In this document: positions 8,415 to 17,984 of the stretch, in pieces
Layout of the letters: each line of letters starts with the position of its first letter
Position numbering within the stretch: the stretch's first letter is position 1
Origin: Acidobacteriota bacterium
Lineage (GTDB): Bacteria > Acidobacteriota > Vicinamibacteria > Vicinamibacterales > UBA2999
Reading direction: 5' to 3'
DNA length: 64,000 nt
Assembly (NCBI GenBank): GCA_031364805.1
Contig: JANLWW010000144.1
Span: forward strand, 1,964 to 65,963
Made by a program: the position numbers and the translations under genes
Notes under the pieces: generated by a model
The model's database searches: none
Seen by the model: only the letters and a program-made list of their open reading frames with translations
Told to the model about the DNA's origin: nothing

Positions 8415-9670
8415 AGTCCCGCCCCTTCGACGCGGCAATTATCGCCGTCGGCAGTGAGTTGCTGACGCCGGAGAAAATCGACACCAACTCACTGTTCATC
8501 ACCCAGGTCCTGAACGATCTCGGTCTCGCCGTGGCGTTCAAGGCCATTGTTGGTGACCACCGCACGGAACTCACGTCACACGTCGCGCACGCCTTGCAAC
8601 GACACCGCGTGTTGATCCTGACGGGAGGGCTGGGCCCGACAGACGATGACCTGACACGTGAGGTCGTGGCCGCCCACCTGGGGCTGTCGATGCATGAGGA
8701 TGCGGGGATCGTCGAGGCGATCGAGCAGCGATTCGCCTCGCGCGGCTGGAAGATGCCCGCGGTAAACCGGCGCCAGGCCCTGGTGCCGCAAGGGGCGGTG
8801 GTGTTGGCGAACCCGAACGGGACGGCGCCTGGTCTCTGGCTGGAACACGATGGCGCGGTCATCGCCCTGTTGCCGGGGCCACCCCGCGAGATGAAGCCAA
8901 TGATGGAGGGCGAGGTGCGCCCACGCCTTGCCGCCCGCGCCGGCGAGACCCGGTTGTTCCGCCGCTTGGTGCGCGTCTCAGGCAAGGGCGAGTCGGCGGT
9001 CGAGGAAATTGCCCAGCCGATCTATTCGCGATGGCTCACGCAGCAAGCGCCGATCGAGACCACCATTCTCGCCGGCCTCGGCCAGGTGGAATTGCACCTC
9101 GTGCTGCAATCGACCGATGCGCCGGCGGCGGCAACCGCACTGGCATCGGCGGTGTCCGAGTTGGCCGAGGCGCTCGGTCAGGACGTGGTCAGTACCGACG
9201 GCACGGTGCTCGAGGCCGCGGTCGGTGAGCTGTTGCGCGCGCGTGGCTGGCGCGTCGCGCTCGCGGAATCGTGCACAGGCGGCCTGGCGACGTCGCGCCT
9301 CACTGATGTGGCGGGCAGTTCCGATTACGTCGAGCGCAGCATCGTGGCGTACAGCAATCAAGCCAAGATCGACCTGCTCGGAGTGCCCGCGTCGTTGATC
9401 GCCGCGCACGGTGCGGTCAGCGAGCCGGTGGCGGTGGCCATGGCCGAGGGCATTCGCGAGCGAGCCGGCGTGAATGTCGGCGTCGGGATCACGGGCATTG
9501 CCGGTCCCGGCGGGGGCAGTCCCGAAAAGCCGGTCGGCACTGTTTGCATCGCCGTCGCCGGCACCGTTACGCGCGTCCGGACCTTCCGCTTTCCAGGCGG
9601 CCGTGAAATGGTGAAGGCGATGTCCGCAAACTGGGCCATCGATTTGTTGCGCCGTCACCTGCTCGAATGA
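8384..9670 (+). CDS. cinA: CinA-family competence/damage-inducible protein (nicotinamide-nucleotide amidohydrolase)
   Basis: N-terminal MoCF-like domain (AAIIAVGSELLTPEKIDTNS) and C-terminal CinA/PncC domain (ALAESCTGGL, GITGIAGPGGG). Confidence 0.9.
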   Translation: MVDAVVADRVESRPFDAAIIAVGSELLTPEKIDTNSLFITQVLNDLGLAVAFKAIVGDHRTELTSHVAHALQRHRVLILTGGLGPTDDDLTREVVAAHLGLSMHEDAGIVEAIEQRFASRGWKMPAVNRRQALVPQGAVVLANPNGTAPGLWLEHDGAVIALLPGPPREMKPMMEGEVRPRLAARAGETRLFRRLVRVSGKGESAVEEIAQPIYSRWLTQQAPIETTILAGLGQVELHLVLQSTDAPAAATALASAVSELAEALGQDVVSTDGTVLEAAVGELLRARGWRVALAESCTGGLATSRLTDVAGSSDYVERSIVAYSNQAKIDLLGVPASLIAAHGAVSEPVAVAMAEGIRERAGVNVGVGITGIAGPGGGSPEKPVGTVCIAVAGTVTRVRTFRFPGGREMVKAMSANWAIDLLRRHLLE

Positions 9671-10233
9671 GGCTGTTCGTCGGCGTTGATGTTGGTGATG
9701 CGGTGCGGGCTGAGGCCACGCGTGTGATTCAGGTGATCAGCGAGAAGATCGAGGCGGTGAAGACGCCGCCCAGGATCACTTGGGTGAAGCCGGCCGCCCT
9801 GCACGTGACGCTCCGCTTCATCGGTGAGATCGACGACGCCGGCGTCCCGGCGTTGTGCGAACAGATGGCCCCGCCGATCTTCGTGGCGCCGTTCGCAGTG
9901 GAGTGGCGCGGAATCGGCGCGTTTCCTTCGGTCCGTCATCCCCGCGCGCTGTGGTTAGGCGTGATCGACGGCGGTGCCCAACTGGGTGAGCTCGAGGCGG
10001 AGGTCACGAGGCGATTGGTGGGCAGCCTCGATCCGGTCGCCCGGCCGTTGCTGCCACACCTGACCCTGGGCCGAGTCAAGATGGCTGGTGCCGCGGTGGA
10101 CTGGCCCAAGATCCTTCGTGCCGTCGAGGTGCGGGGCGCGCGCTCTGCCGTGAGCTGCGTCACGCTCTACCGCAGCCAGTTGTCGCAAAAGGGGCCGCAC
10201 TATACTGGACTGGTCAGTGCTCCGCTCAGGTAA
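9667..10233 (+). CDS. thpR: RNA 2',3'-cyclic phosphodiesterase (2H phosphoesterase, LigT/ThpR)
   Basis: Two HxT motifs (LHVTLRF and PHLTLGR) at the expected spacing. ATGA overlap with cinA. Confidence 0.85.
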   Translation: MRLFVGVDVGDAVRAEATRVIQVISEKIEAVKTPPRITWVKPAALHVTLRFIGEIDDAGVPALCEQMAPPIFVAPFAVEWRGIGAFPSVRHPRALWLGVIDGGAQLGELEAEVTRRLVGSLDPVARPLLPHLTLGRVKMAGAAVDWPKILRAVEVRGARSAVSCVTLYRSQLSQKGPHYTGLVSAPLR

Positions 10234-10481
10234 TGGAACTGCTTCCCGCTATCTTGCCCGGTTACGCCGTCGGCTCGCTGCCGATTGGGTATCTCGTGAC
10301 GCCAACCGCGAACGCGGAGGCGATTACCACCGCGCTGCTGCTACCGGCGATGGAGTGGTCGATGCTGGGACCGCGATCGGTCGATAGCGGTGTCAAGCTA
10401 ATGGCCGCCGTGATTCTGCTTCGCCACCGCGGCAATGTCGCCCGCCTGGGGTCGCGAATGGAGCGCGCGGTAGGGACGTGA
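10233..10481 (+). pseudogene. Internally deleted PlsY-like remnant (82 codons, in frame)
   Basis: The N-terminus (ILPGYAVGSLPIGYLV) and C-terminus (ILLRHRGNVARLGSRMER) resemble the two ends of glycerol-3-phosphate acyltransferase PlsY (compare E. coli ..AYLCGSISSAILV.. and ..LILLRHHDNIQRLWRRQE..). About 120 central residues, including the catalytic motifs, are absent. It sits in the usual plsY position upstream of gpsA. Confidence 0.45.
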
Positions 10482-11479
10482 CACCAACCATCGCAGTGCT
10501 GGGATCTGGAAGCTGGGGCACCGCGCTCGGCGTGCACCTGGCACGCACCGGCCACCACGTCCGCTTATGGGCGCGCGATGCCGCGCTCGTGCAGCAGATG
10601 GCGGCGACGCGCACCAATCCGACTTACCTTCCGGGCATTGAACTGCCGCAGGCACTGCAGCCCACCAGCGTTCTCGGTGATGCGATTTCTGGCGCCGAGT
10701 TAGTGGTCATGGCGGTGCCGTCGCATGGCATGCGGGCGGTGGCGCGCGCGGCGAGCTCTTTCGTCGATGCCAATTGCACGTTGGTCAGTGCCACCAAGGG
10801 CCTCGAGGAGGGCTCGATGCTGCGGATGTCTCAAGTGATGCGCGCGGAGTTTCCGGGCGGCGGTGAAATCGTGGTCTTGTCCGGGCCAAGCTTTGCCATT
10901 GAACTGGCCCGTGAACTGCCGACCGCGGTGGTCGCGGCCGGGGAGTCAGCCGCAGCAGTTGAAATGATCCAGGCCCACTTCCGGTCGCAAGCGCTGCGGC
11001 TTTATGGGAGTAGCGATGTCGTTGGCGCCGAGATTGGCGGCGCGCTCAAGAACATCATCGCGATCGCCGCAGGGGTCGTCGAGGGGCTGGGCCTGGGACA
11101 CAACGCCCTGGCTGCGCTGATCACGCGCGGTCTTGCGGAACTGTCGCGCCTGGCGGTGGGTCTTGGGGCGCAGCGCGAGACCCTGGCGGGCCTGGCGGGT
11201 CTGGGCGATCTCGTCCTGACCTGCACCGGAGATCTCAGCCGCAATCGGCAACTCGGCATCTCGCTCGCCCGCGGCGAGTCGCTGGCGCAGATTCTCGCCC
11301 GCACCAAGACGGTGGCCGAAGGCGTGCGCACCACCGAGGCCGCCCTCGCGCTCGCCGCGTGTCACGGACTGGAACTCCCCATCGCCCAGGAGATGTCGGA
11401 TGTGCTGGCCGGCCGCACCGAGCCGCAAGCCGCGATCCGTAACCTCATGGGCCGCAGGCAGAAGTTAGAACACGCGTAG
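10478..11479 (+). CDS. gpsA: NAD(P)H-dependent glycerol-3-phosphate dehydrogenase
   Basis: IAVLGSGSWGTALG Rossmann motif and GALKNIIAIAAG. GTGA overlap with the upstream ORF. Confidence 0.95.
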   Translation: MTPTIAVLGSGSWGTALGVHLARTGHHVRLWARDAALVQQMAATRTNPTYLPGIELPQALQPTSVLGDAISGAELVVMAVPSHGMRAVARAASSFVDANCTLVSATKGLEEGSMLRMSQVMRAEFPGGGEIVVLSGPSFAIELARELPTAVVAAGESAAAVEMIQAHFRSQALRLYGSSDVVGAEIGGALKNIIAIAAGVVEGLGLGHNALAALITRGLAELSRLAVGLGAQRETLAGLAGLGDLVLTCTGDLSRNRQLGISLARGESLAQILARTKTVAEGVRTTEAALALAACHGLELPIAQEMSDVLAGRTEPQAAIRNLMGRRQKLEHA

Positions 11480-11527
11480 ATGAGTTGGTGAGCGGGTGAG
11501 GCGGCGCCACCAGATTAGAGATTCCGA

Positions 11528-12451
11528 ATGGGTTTGTTTGACAGGTTAAAGCGAGGGCTGCAGCGCACGACGCAGCAGCTGGTCGACAGGTTCGAAGACA
11601 TTGTCCGGATCGCGGATGCCCCTGACGCGCGCACGCGCGACGTGAATGTCGAGACCGCCGAAGCCCTGGAAGAAGTGTTGCTGATGGCCGACGTCGGTGT
11701 CGCTGCCACCGCTGAGATCGTCGGCGCCGTCAGCCGGCGGCAACGACGCGGCGAGAGCCTGCGCGACCTCGTGAAGCAAGAGATGCTGCGGGTGCTCGAG
11801 GCGACCACCCCGATGGCCGCGCCCACGGCCAAGCCGCACGTCATGCTGATCGTCGGCGTGAATGGCGTCGGCAAGACCACCACCATCGGCAAGCTCGCCA
11901 ACCAGTTGAAGCGAGAGGGGCGCATCCCGCTGATCTGCGCCGCCGACACCTTCCGGGCCGCCGCGGTCGATCAACTGCAGATCTGGGCCGACCGGGCCGG
12001 TGTCGATATCGTGCGCGCGCGCGAGGGTGCAGACCCCGCCGCCGTCGTGTTCGACGCGATCACGGCAGGCAAGGCCCGCCAGCGAGACGTGGTGCTGGTT
12101 GATACCGCCGGGCGCCTGCACACGCGGACCAACTTGATGAACGAGCTCGACAAGATACGGCGCATCGCGAGCCGCGAAGTGCCGGGCGCACCACATGAAG
12201 TACTACTGGTGCTTGACGCCACCGTTGGCCAGAACGGCCTTGCCCAGGCCCGGGAGTTCACCAATGTCGCCGGTGTGACTGGTGTCGTGCTCACCAAGCT
12301 GGATGGCACCGCCAAGGGCGGCATCGCCGTGGCGATTGCTCACGAGCTGAAGTTGCCGATTCGCTACATCGGCGTGGGCGAAGGCGTCGACGACCTCTTG
12401 CCGTTCTCGCCACGCGAGTATGTCGACGCGATCTTTCAAGAGAAATGGTGA
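11528..12451 (+). CDS. ftsY: Signal recognition particle receptor FtsY
   Basis: SRP-GTPase motifs GVNGVGKTTTIGKLA, DTAGRL and TKLDGTAKGG. Confidence 0.95.
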   Translation: MGLFDRLKRGLQRTTQQLVDRFEDIVRIADAPDARTRDVNVETAEALEEVLLMADVGVAATAEIVGAVSRRQRRGESLRDLVKQEMLRVLEATTPMAAPTAKPHVMLIVGVNGVGKTTTIGKLANQLKREGRIPLICAADTFRAAAVDQLQIWADRAGVDIVRAREGADPAAVVFDAITAGKARQRDVVLVDTAGRLHTRTNLMNELDKIRRIASREVPGAPHEVLLVLDATVGQNGLAQAREFTNVAGVTGVVLTKLDGTAKGGIAVAIAHELKLPIRYIGVGEGVDDLLPFSPREYVDAIFQEKW

Positions 12452-13530
12452 GCGACGCCGATTACATGCGGCGCGCCTTGTTTCATGCGCGCCGTGCCGA
12501 GGGCGTGACGACACCCAATCCGCTGGTGGGAGCGATCGTCGTGACGCCGGATGGCATAGTCGTGGGGCAGGGACGGCACCCTCGTGCCGGTGCGCCCCAT
12601 GCCGAAGTGTTCGCGTTGCAGGACGCCGGCGAACGCGCGCGCGGCGCCACGCTTTACGTCACCCTTGAGCCGTGCTGTCACCAGGGTCGCACCGGCCCGT
12701 GTACGCGACGCATTATCGACGCCGGAGTCGCACGCGTGGTCGCCGCGATGACCGACCCGAATCCGCTGGTCAGCGGCCTGGGTTTCGCTCAACTGCGGGC
12801 GCACGGAGTTCAGGTCGAGGTTGGCTTGCTCGGCGACGAAGCGGCGCGGCTTAACCGCGCCTTTGCGATCGTGCAGACGCAAGGGCGGCCCATGGTGATC
12901 GTCAAGGCCGCAACCAGCCTGGATGCCAGGATCGCCGCCGAGCCGGGTGTCCGCACGCCGCTGACGTCGGCCGGTGCCAATCGACGCACGCAGCGGTTAC
13001 GTGGTGCCGTAGACGCGATTGCCGTGGGTTCGGGCACCGTACTCGCCGACGATCCGGCGCTGACCGTGCGGGATTGCCACCGCCTGCGCCCGCTGGCGCG
13101 GGTGGTGTTTGACCGTCGCCTTCGGACACCCGCCACGGCTCGCCTGTTCTCGACGCTTGACGCCGGGCCGGTCATAATCATCACGACGGCCGAGGTGGTC
13201 GGGCGTCACCCCGAGCGCGCGAGCCGGCTGACGGCGTCCGGCGCCACCCTGGTCGAAGGCAAGGGGCACTTGAAGGCGGACATTCAGGCGTTGCTGGCGT
13301 GGGACATCTCGACGGTGCTGCTCGAAGGCGGCGGGGTGATGCACGCAGCGGCCTGGCAAGCGGGCATCGTCGACCGCGTGATCGTGATTGTGGCGCCCAC
13401 CGTACTGGGTGAGCAGGGCGCCAAGTTTTTCGACGGACTGCCGATCCCTGTGTCGCAACTGATTCCAGTGCGCGTTGAGACACTCGGGCCGGATGCTTGG
13501 ATGGAAGCTGATGTTCACGGGCATCGTTGA
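12445..13530 (+). CDS. ribD: Bifunctional riboflavin biosynthesis deaminase/reductase RibD
   Basis: Deaminase motifs HAEVFAL and PCCHQGRTGPC, followed by a C-terminal reductase domain. Overlaps the ftsY end by 7 nt. Confidence 0.95.
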   Translation: MVSDADYMRRALFHARRAEGVTTPNPLVGAIVVTPDGIVVGQGRHPRAGAPHAEVFALQDAGERARGATLYVTLEPCCHQGRTGPCTRRIIDAGVARVVAAMTDPNPLVSGLGFAQLRAHGVQVEVGLLGDEAARLNRAFAIVQTQGRPMVIVKAATSLDARIAAEPGVRTPLTSAGANRRTQRLRGAVDAIAVGSGTVLADDPALTVRDCHRLRPLARVVFDRRLRTPATARLFSTLDAGPVIIITTAEVVGRHPERASRLTASGATLVEGKGHLKADIQALLAWDISTVLLEGGGVMHAAAWQAGIVDRVIVIVAPTVLGEQGAKFFDGLPIPVSQLIPVRVETLGPDAWMEADVHGHR

Positions 13531-14104
13531 AACGGTTGGCACGCTGGCGGAGGTGAAGGCCACTGGCGGTGGCTACCGCGTGCGCATCCACACGCCGCTA
13601 GCCTCGCAGTTGAAGCTGGGTGACAGTCTCGCCGTGAATGGAGTGTGTCTTACCATCATCCTGATCGACGGCGAGGATGTGATGGCCGACGTCGGCCCGG
13701 AAACGGCGCGCGTCACCACCCTCGGTGCGCTGCAGCGTGGTCAGTCGGTGAACCTTGAACGGCCGCTGCGGTTCGAAGGCCGCGTCGATGGCCACCTTGT
13801 GCTCGGACACGTCGATGGCGTCGGCACCATCGAGGACGTCCGGCCCGAGGCCGAGTCGCACTGGTTGACGATCGCATTCCCGGCCGCGCTGGCTGCCTAT
13901 TTCATTCGCAAGGGCTCGGTCGCGGTCGACGGCATCAGCCTGACGGTTGCCGGCCTTGGCGAGCGGCAGTTCGATGTGCAGGTGGTCCCGTTCACCTGGA
14001 CGAACACGACGCTGCAGCTGTTGCGCGCCGGCGACAAGGTCAACCTCGAGTGCGACATGATCGGCAAGTACCTCGTACGGGGGATGGAACTACGGAAATC
14101 ATGA
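13511..14104 (+). CDS. ribE: Riboflavin synthase (alpha chain)
   Basis: Canonical N-terminus MFTGIVETVG and duplicated lumazine-binding repeats. ATG 13511 chosen over the ORF-track start at 13475. Confidence 0.9.
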   Translation: MFTGIVETVGTLAEVKATGGGYRVRIHTPLASQLKLGDSLAVNGVCLTIILIDGEDVMADVGPETARVTTLGALQRGQSVNLERPLRFEGRVDGHLVLGHVDGVGTIEDVRPEAESHWLTIAFPAALAAYFIRKGSVAVDGISLTVAGLGERQFDVQVVPFTWTNTTLQLLRAGDKVNLECDMIGKYLVRGMELRKS

Positions 14105-15348
14105 CCAAGATCAAGATTGCCAGGGGCGCGCGCTCGAAGTCGCCGTTTGCCACCATCGACGCCGCGGTCGCTGCCTATCGCCGCGGCGAGATGCTGATTG
14201 TCGTCGACGATGAGGACCGCGAGAACGAAGGCGACCTGACGATCGCCGCCGAGCACATCACCCCCGCGGCCATCAACTTCATGATGACGCACGGGCGTGG
14301 CCTGATCTGCATGCCGATGACCGCCGCGCGGCTCGACGAGTTGAACATTCCGCTGCAGGTCCCGCAGCAGCTGAACTCCACGCAATTCGAGACCGCCTTC
14401 TGCATTGGCATCGAGGCCAAGCGCGGCACTTCGACCGGCATCTCGGCGCAGGACCGGGCGCAGACCGTGCTGACGGCGATCGACAAGAACACCAAGCCCG
14501 CCGACCTGGCTCGACCCGGCCACATTTTCCCGCTGCGGGCGCGCGATGGTGGTGTGCTGGTGCGGGCCGGCCAGACCGAGGCGGCCGTTGACCTCTCGCG
14601 CATGGCAGGCCTTCAGCCTGCGGGCGTGATCTGCGAGATTGCCAAGAAGGACGGCACCATGGCGCGGGTGCCCGAACTGGTGAAGTTCGCGCGCAAGCAC
14701 AAGCTGCTGATGATCACGGTCGCCGATCTCATCCGCCACCGGATGCAGCACGAAGGCCTGGTCCAGAAAGCTGCCGAAGCGGACCTGCCCACCGAGCTCG
14801 GCCCGTTTCGTATTCACGCCTACAACAGCCTGCTCGACAGCATGACGCACATTGCGCTGGTGGCCGGCGACATCAGCTCGGGCAAGGACGTCCTGGTCCG
14901 CGTGCACTCGAAATGCCTGACCGGGGATGTCTTCCAATCGGCGCGCTGCGACTGCGGCGACCAACTCGACGCCGCCATGCGGCGGATCTCGGCCGAAGGC
15001 CGGGGAGTGCTGTTGTATCTCAACCAGGAAGGCCGGGGCATTGGCCTCGCCAACAAGATTCGGGCGTACGCACTGCAGGACCAGGGGTTCGATACGGTCG
15101 AAGCCAACGAAAAGCTGGGCTTCAAGCCTGACCAGCGCGACTACGGCATTGGCGCCCAGATCTTGCGCGATCTCGGCATCCGGACCATGCGCCTGCTGAC
15201 CAATAATCCCCGTAAGTTCGTGGGTTTGCAGGGCTACGGCCTCTCGGTCTCGTCGACCCTCCCGCTCGAAATCGCGGCCTCCGACACCACCCGCAAGTAC
15301 TTAAAAGTCAAGAAGGACAAGCTTGGCCACCGCCTCAAGTCGGTTTGA
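14101..15348 (+). CDS. ribBA: Bifunctional DHBP synthase / GTP cyclohydrolase II
   Basis: [11 protein letters not shown] (RibB) and [18 protein letters not shown] (RibA zinc site). ATGA overlap with ribE. Confidence 0.95.
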   Translation: MTKIKIARGARSKSPFATIDAAVAAYRRGEMLIVVDDEDRENEGDLTIAAEHITPAAINFMMTHGRGLICMPMTAARLDELNIPLQVPQQLNSTQFETAFCIGIEAKRGTSTGISAQDRAQTVLTAIDKNTKPADLARPGHIFPLRARDGGVLVRAGQTEAAVDLSRMAGLQPAGVICEIAKKDGTMARVPELVKFARKHKLLMITVADLIRHRMQHEGLVQKAAEADLPTELGPFRIHAYNSLLDSMTHIALVAGDISSGKDVLVRVHSKCLTGDVFQSARCDCGDQLDAAMRRISAEGRGVLLYLNQEGRGIGLANKIRAYALQDQGFDTVEANEKLGFKPDQRDYGIGAQILRDLGIRTMRLLTNNPRKFVGLQGYGLSVSSTLPLEIAASDTTRKYLKVKKDKLGHRLKSV

Positions 15349-15419
15349 CCAATCTCTTGAAGTTCAAGTAGCATAAGGGTTTGCGCGGCGGAGGTAGGCC
15401 TCCGCTGTGGTGACCGACA

Positions 15420-15444
15420 GGCGGGTCTGAGACCCGCCTTTACT
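15420..15444 (+). terminator. Candidate intrinsic terminator or stem-loop after ribBA
   Basis: GGCGGGTC-TGA-GACCCGCC (8-bp stem) followed by TTTACT. It is preceded by a second hairpin GCGGAGG-TAGG-CCTCCGC (15388..15405). It ends only about 10 nt before the ffh ATG. Confidence 0.4.
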
Positions 15445-15447
15445 AAA

Positions 15448-16809
15448 ATGTTCGACGCGTTAAGTAATCGCCTGCAGGACGTCTTCCAGTCAATCAAGGG
15501 AGAAACACGTCTCACGGAAGCGACGGTTGAGAACGTTCTCCGGGAAATCCGGATGGCGTTGCTTGAGGCCGACGTCAACTTCAAGGTCGTCAAGGCCTTC
15601 GTCGATCGCGTGCGCGACCGGGCGATGGACCAGGCGGTCCTCAAGAGCCTGACGCCGAGTCAGCAGGTCATCAAGATCGTTCGTGATGAACTGCTCGCGC
15701 TGTTCGGTGATGCGAAGGGCGGACTGAAGGACACCTCGGTCAGGCCGCGCGTGATTGTGATGCTCGGGCTGCAGGGCTCGGGCAAGACCACGACGACCGG
15801 CAAGCTGGCCAAGTGGCTGGTGAAGCAGGGACGCCACCCGATCGTGGTCTCCACCGACGTCAGGCGACCGGCGGCCATTCAGCAGTTGGCCATCGTCGCG
15901 CAGCAAGCCGGCGTGCGCGTGCACGATCCGGTGGGCAACATGGACCCGGTGTCGCGCACGAAGAGCGCGCTTGCCGAGGCCAAGGCGGTCGGCAACGACG
16001 TCGTCATCGTCGACACGGCGGGCCGGCTGCATATCGACGACGAGCTCATGAAAGAGCTCGTCGCGATTCGGGATATTGCGGCACCGACCGACTTGCTCTA
16101 TGTCGCCGATGCGATGACGGGGCAGGACGCCATCAAGAGCGCGGGCGAGTTCAACGCGCAGATGGGCGTCACCGGCGTCGTCCTGACGAAGATCGACGGC
16201 GATGCGCGCGGTGGCGCGGCGCTCTCGGTGGTGTCGGTGGTTGGCGTGCCGATTGCGTTTGTCGGCAGCGGCGAGAAGCTGGACGACCTCGAACCGTTCC
16301 ACGCGGACCGGTTCGTGTCGCGCATGCTCGGCATGGGCGACGTGTTGTCGCTGATCGAGAAGGCCGAAGAGGTCATCGACCGGGGCGACGCCGAGAAGCT
16401 GGAAGCGAAGATCCGCAAGGGCGGGTTCACGCTCGAAGACTTCCGCGATCAGCTGCGCATGCTGAAGCGGATGGGCCCGCTCGAGAAGATCATGGGCATG
16501 CTGCCCGGTATGGGCGGCATGAAGGAACTGGCCGGCCAGAAGCCGGACGAGAAGCAGCTCGGGCGGATCGAAGCGATCATCAACTCGATGACGCCGGCCG
16601 AGCGGAAGCAGGCGGACATCCTCGATGGGAGCCGCCGCAAGCGCATCGCGAAGGGCAGCGGCACGACGGTTGAGGACGTGAATCGTCTACTGAAGCAGTT
16701 CGTCGAGATGCAGCGGATGCTGAAGATGGTGGGCCAGATGACGGGCGAGCCCATTGCTGCGGCAGCGAAGAAGAAAAAGAAGAAGAGCCCGTTTAGCTTG
16801 ATGCGTTAA
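15448..16809 (+). CDS. ffh: Signal recognition particle protein Ffh
   Basis: MFDALSNRLQ.. N-terminus; GLQGSGKTTTTGKLA, DTAGRL, TKIDGDARGGAALS; Met-rich M domain. Confidence 0.97.
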   Translation: MFDALSNRLQDVFQSIKGETRLTEATVENVLREIRMALLEADVNFKVVKAFVDRVRDRAMDQAVLKSLTPSQQVIKIVRDELLALFGDAKGGLKDTSVRPRVIVMLGLQGSGKTTTTGKLAKWLVKQGRHPIVVSTDVRRPAAIQQLAIVAQQAGVRVHDPVGNMDPVSRTKSALAEAKAVGNDVVIVDTAGRLHIDDELMKELVAIRDIAAPTDLLYVADAMTGQDAIKSAGEFNAQMGVTGVVLTKIDGDARGGAALSVVSVVGVPIAFVGSGEKLDDLEPFHADRFVSRMLGMGDVLSLIEKAEEVIDRGDAEKLEAKIRKGGFTLEDFRDQLRMLKRMGPLEKIMGMLPGMGGMKELAGQKPDEKQLGRIEAIINSMTPAERKQADILDGSRRKRIAKGSGTTVEDVNRLLKQFVEMQRMLKMVGQMTGEPIAAAAKKKKKKSPFSLMR

Positions 16810-16821
16810 GAGCAGCCGTCG

Positions 16822-16844
16822 GGCGCACTCCGTGCGCCTTTGTT
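16822..16844 (+). terminator. Candidate intrinsic terminator after ffh
   Basis: GGCGCAC-TCC-GTGCGCC stem-loop followed by TTTGTT. Confidence 0.5.
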
Positions 16845-16888
16845 AACCCGAAGCGCGGCCACGATGTGCCGCAGGTAGTGAGTTCCAG

Positions 16889-17182
16889 ATGTTGTCGATT
16901 CGCATGCGCCGCACCGGTTCGAAGAAGCGTCCGTTTTTTCGCGTGGTCGTCTCCGAGGCCCGCTCGAAGAAGGAAGGCCAGTTCATCGAAGTGCTCGGCT
17001 TCTACAATCCGCGCACCAAGCCTGCTGTGTTCGAGATCAACAAGGATCGGGTCGCCCACTGGGTCAAGGTCGGCGCGCGGCCGTCGGATTCAGTTCGCAC
17101 GCTGATGGCGAAGCACATGACTCGCGACCGTGGCGTCGTGGTTGAGCCGGTGACGGCGCAGCCTGCGGCCCCGACCGCTTAA
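16889..17182 (+). CDS. rpsP: 30S ribosomal protein S16
   Basis: MLSIRMRRTGSKKRPFFRVVV.. is the canonical S16 N-terminus. Confidence 0.97.
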   Translation: MLSIRMRRTGSKKRPFFRVVVSEARSKKEGQFIEVLGFYNPRTKPAVFEINKDRVAHWVKVGARPSDSVRTLMAKHMTRDRGVVVEPVTAQPAAPTA

Positions 17183-17190
17183 GGACGGCC

Positions 17191-17445
17191 GTGGCGGATC
17201 TCAAGGGACTCATCGAAGCCGTCGCTCGCGCCCTGGCCGACCAGCCAGAGGCGGTCAGCGTGCGTGAATCGGAGCGCCGCGGCGCCACGGTCTACGAACT
17301 GCAAGTCGCCTCAGGCGACCTTGGCCGCGTGATCGGCCGGCAGGGCCGCACCGCGGCGGCGCTGCGCACGCTGCTGTCGAGCGCCGCCGAGGCCGACGAC
17401 AAGCGCGTGAGCCTCGATATCCGCGACCAGAGCGGCCGCAGCTAG
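17191..17445 (+). CDS. KH-domain RNA-binding protein (UPF0109/YlqC-like)
   Basis: About 84 aa, with the VIGRQGRTAAALRTLL KH GxxG motif, in the conserved position between rpsP and rimM. Confidence 0.85.
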   Translation: MADLKGLIEAVARALADQPEAVSVRESERRGATVYELQVASGDLGRVIGRQGRTAAALRTLLSSAAEADDKRVSLDIRDQSGRS

Positions 17446-17450
17446 GTCCC

Positions 17451-17984
17451 GTGAACTGGGACGACGGGATCCTCGTGGGCGTCGTCGCCCGCACGCATGG
17501 CAATCGCGGCGAGGTGATCGTGAATCCGGAAACCGATTTTCCGGAGCAGCGGTTCCGCAAGGGCGCCCGGTTGTGGACGAGGCGGCGCGACGGTGCGCCA
17601 TCGACACTCGAGGTGATCACCATGCGGATGCATCAAGGCCGCCCGGTGATCATGTTTTCGGGCATCGGCTCGATGAACGACGCGGAGCTGCTGGCGGGCC
17701 AGGAGTTGCGCACTGACGAAGTCGACACGGAACTGTTGCCTGAGGGGGAGTTCTTCCACCGCGACCTGATTGGGTGCGAGGTGGTCACCGAGGCCGGGGA
17801 AGTGGTTGGCCGCGTCATCAACGTGCTGGACGACAGCGCCCAGGCGCGGCTGGTGGTGGCGGGGAAGCGGAGCGAACTGCTGATTCCCCTCGCCGACCAG
17901 ATTTGCACGGTTGATGTCGCCGCTAAGCGGATCACGGTGCGGCCGCCCGAGGGACTGCTGGAACTGAACGGAGACTGGCGGTGA
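17451..17984 (+). CDS. rimM: 16S rRNA processing protein RimM
   Basis: GVVARTHGNRGEV.. N-terminal barrel plus a PRC-barrel C-terminus; conserved operon position. Confidence 0.9.
   Translation: MNWDDGILVGVVARTHGNRGEVIVNPETDFPEQRFRKGARLWTRRRDGAPSTLEVITMRMHQGRPVIMFSGIGSMNDAELLAGQELRTDEVDTELLPEGEFFHRDLIGCEVVTEAGEVVGRVINVLDDSAQARLVVAGKRSELLIPLADQICTVDVAAKRITVRPPEGLLELNGDWR

Noticed and set aside
12380-12460. Search for an FMN riboswitch before ribD and for TPP riboswitches before either thiE paralog.
   Set aside because: All three genes overlap their upstream neighbour, leaving no untranslated region where a riboswitch could reside.
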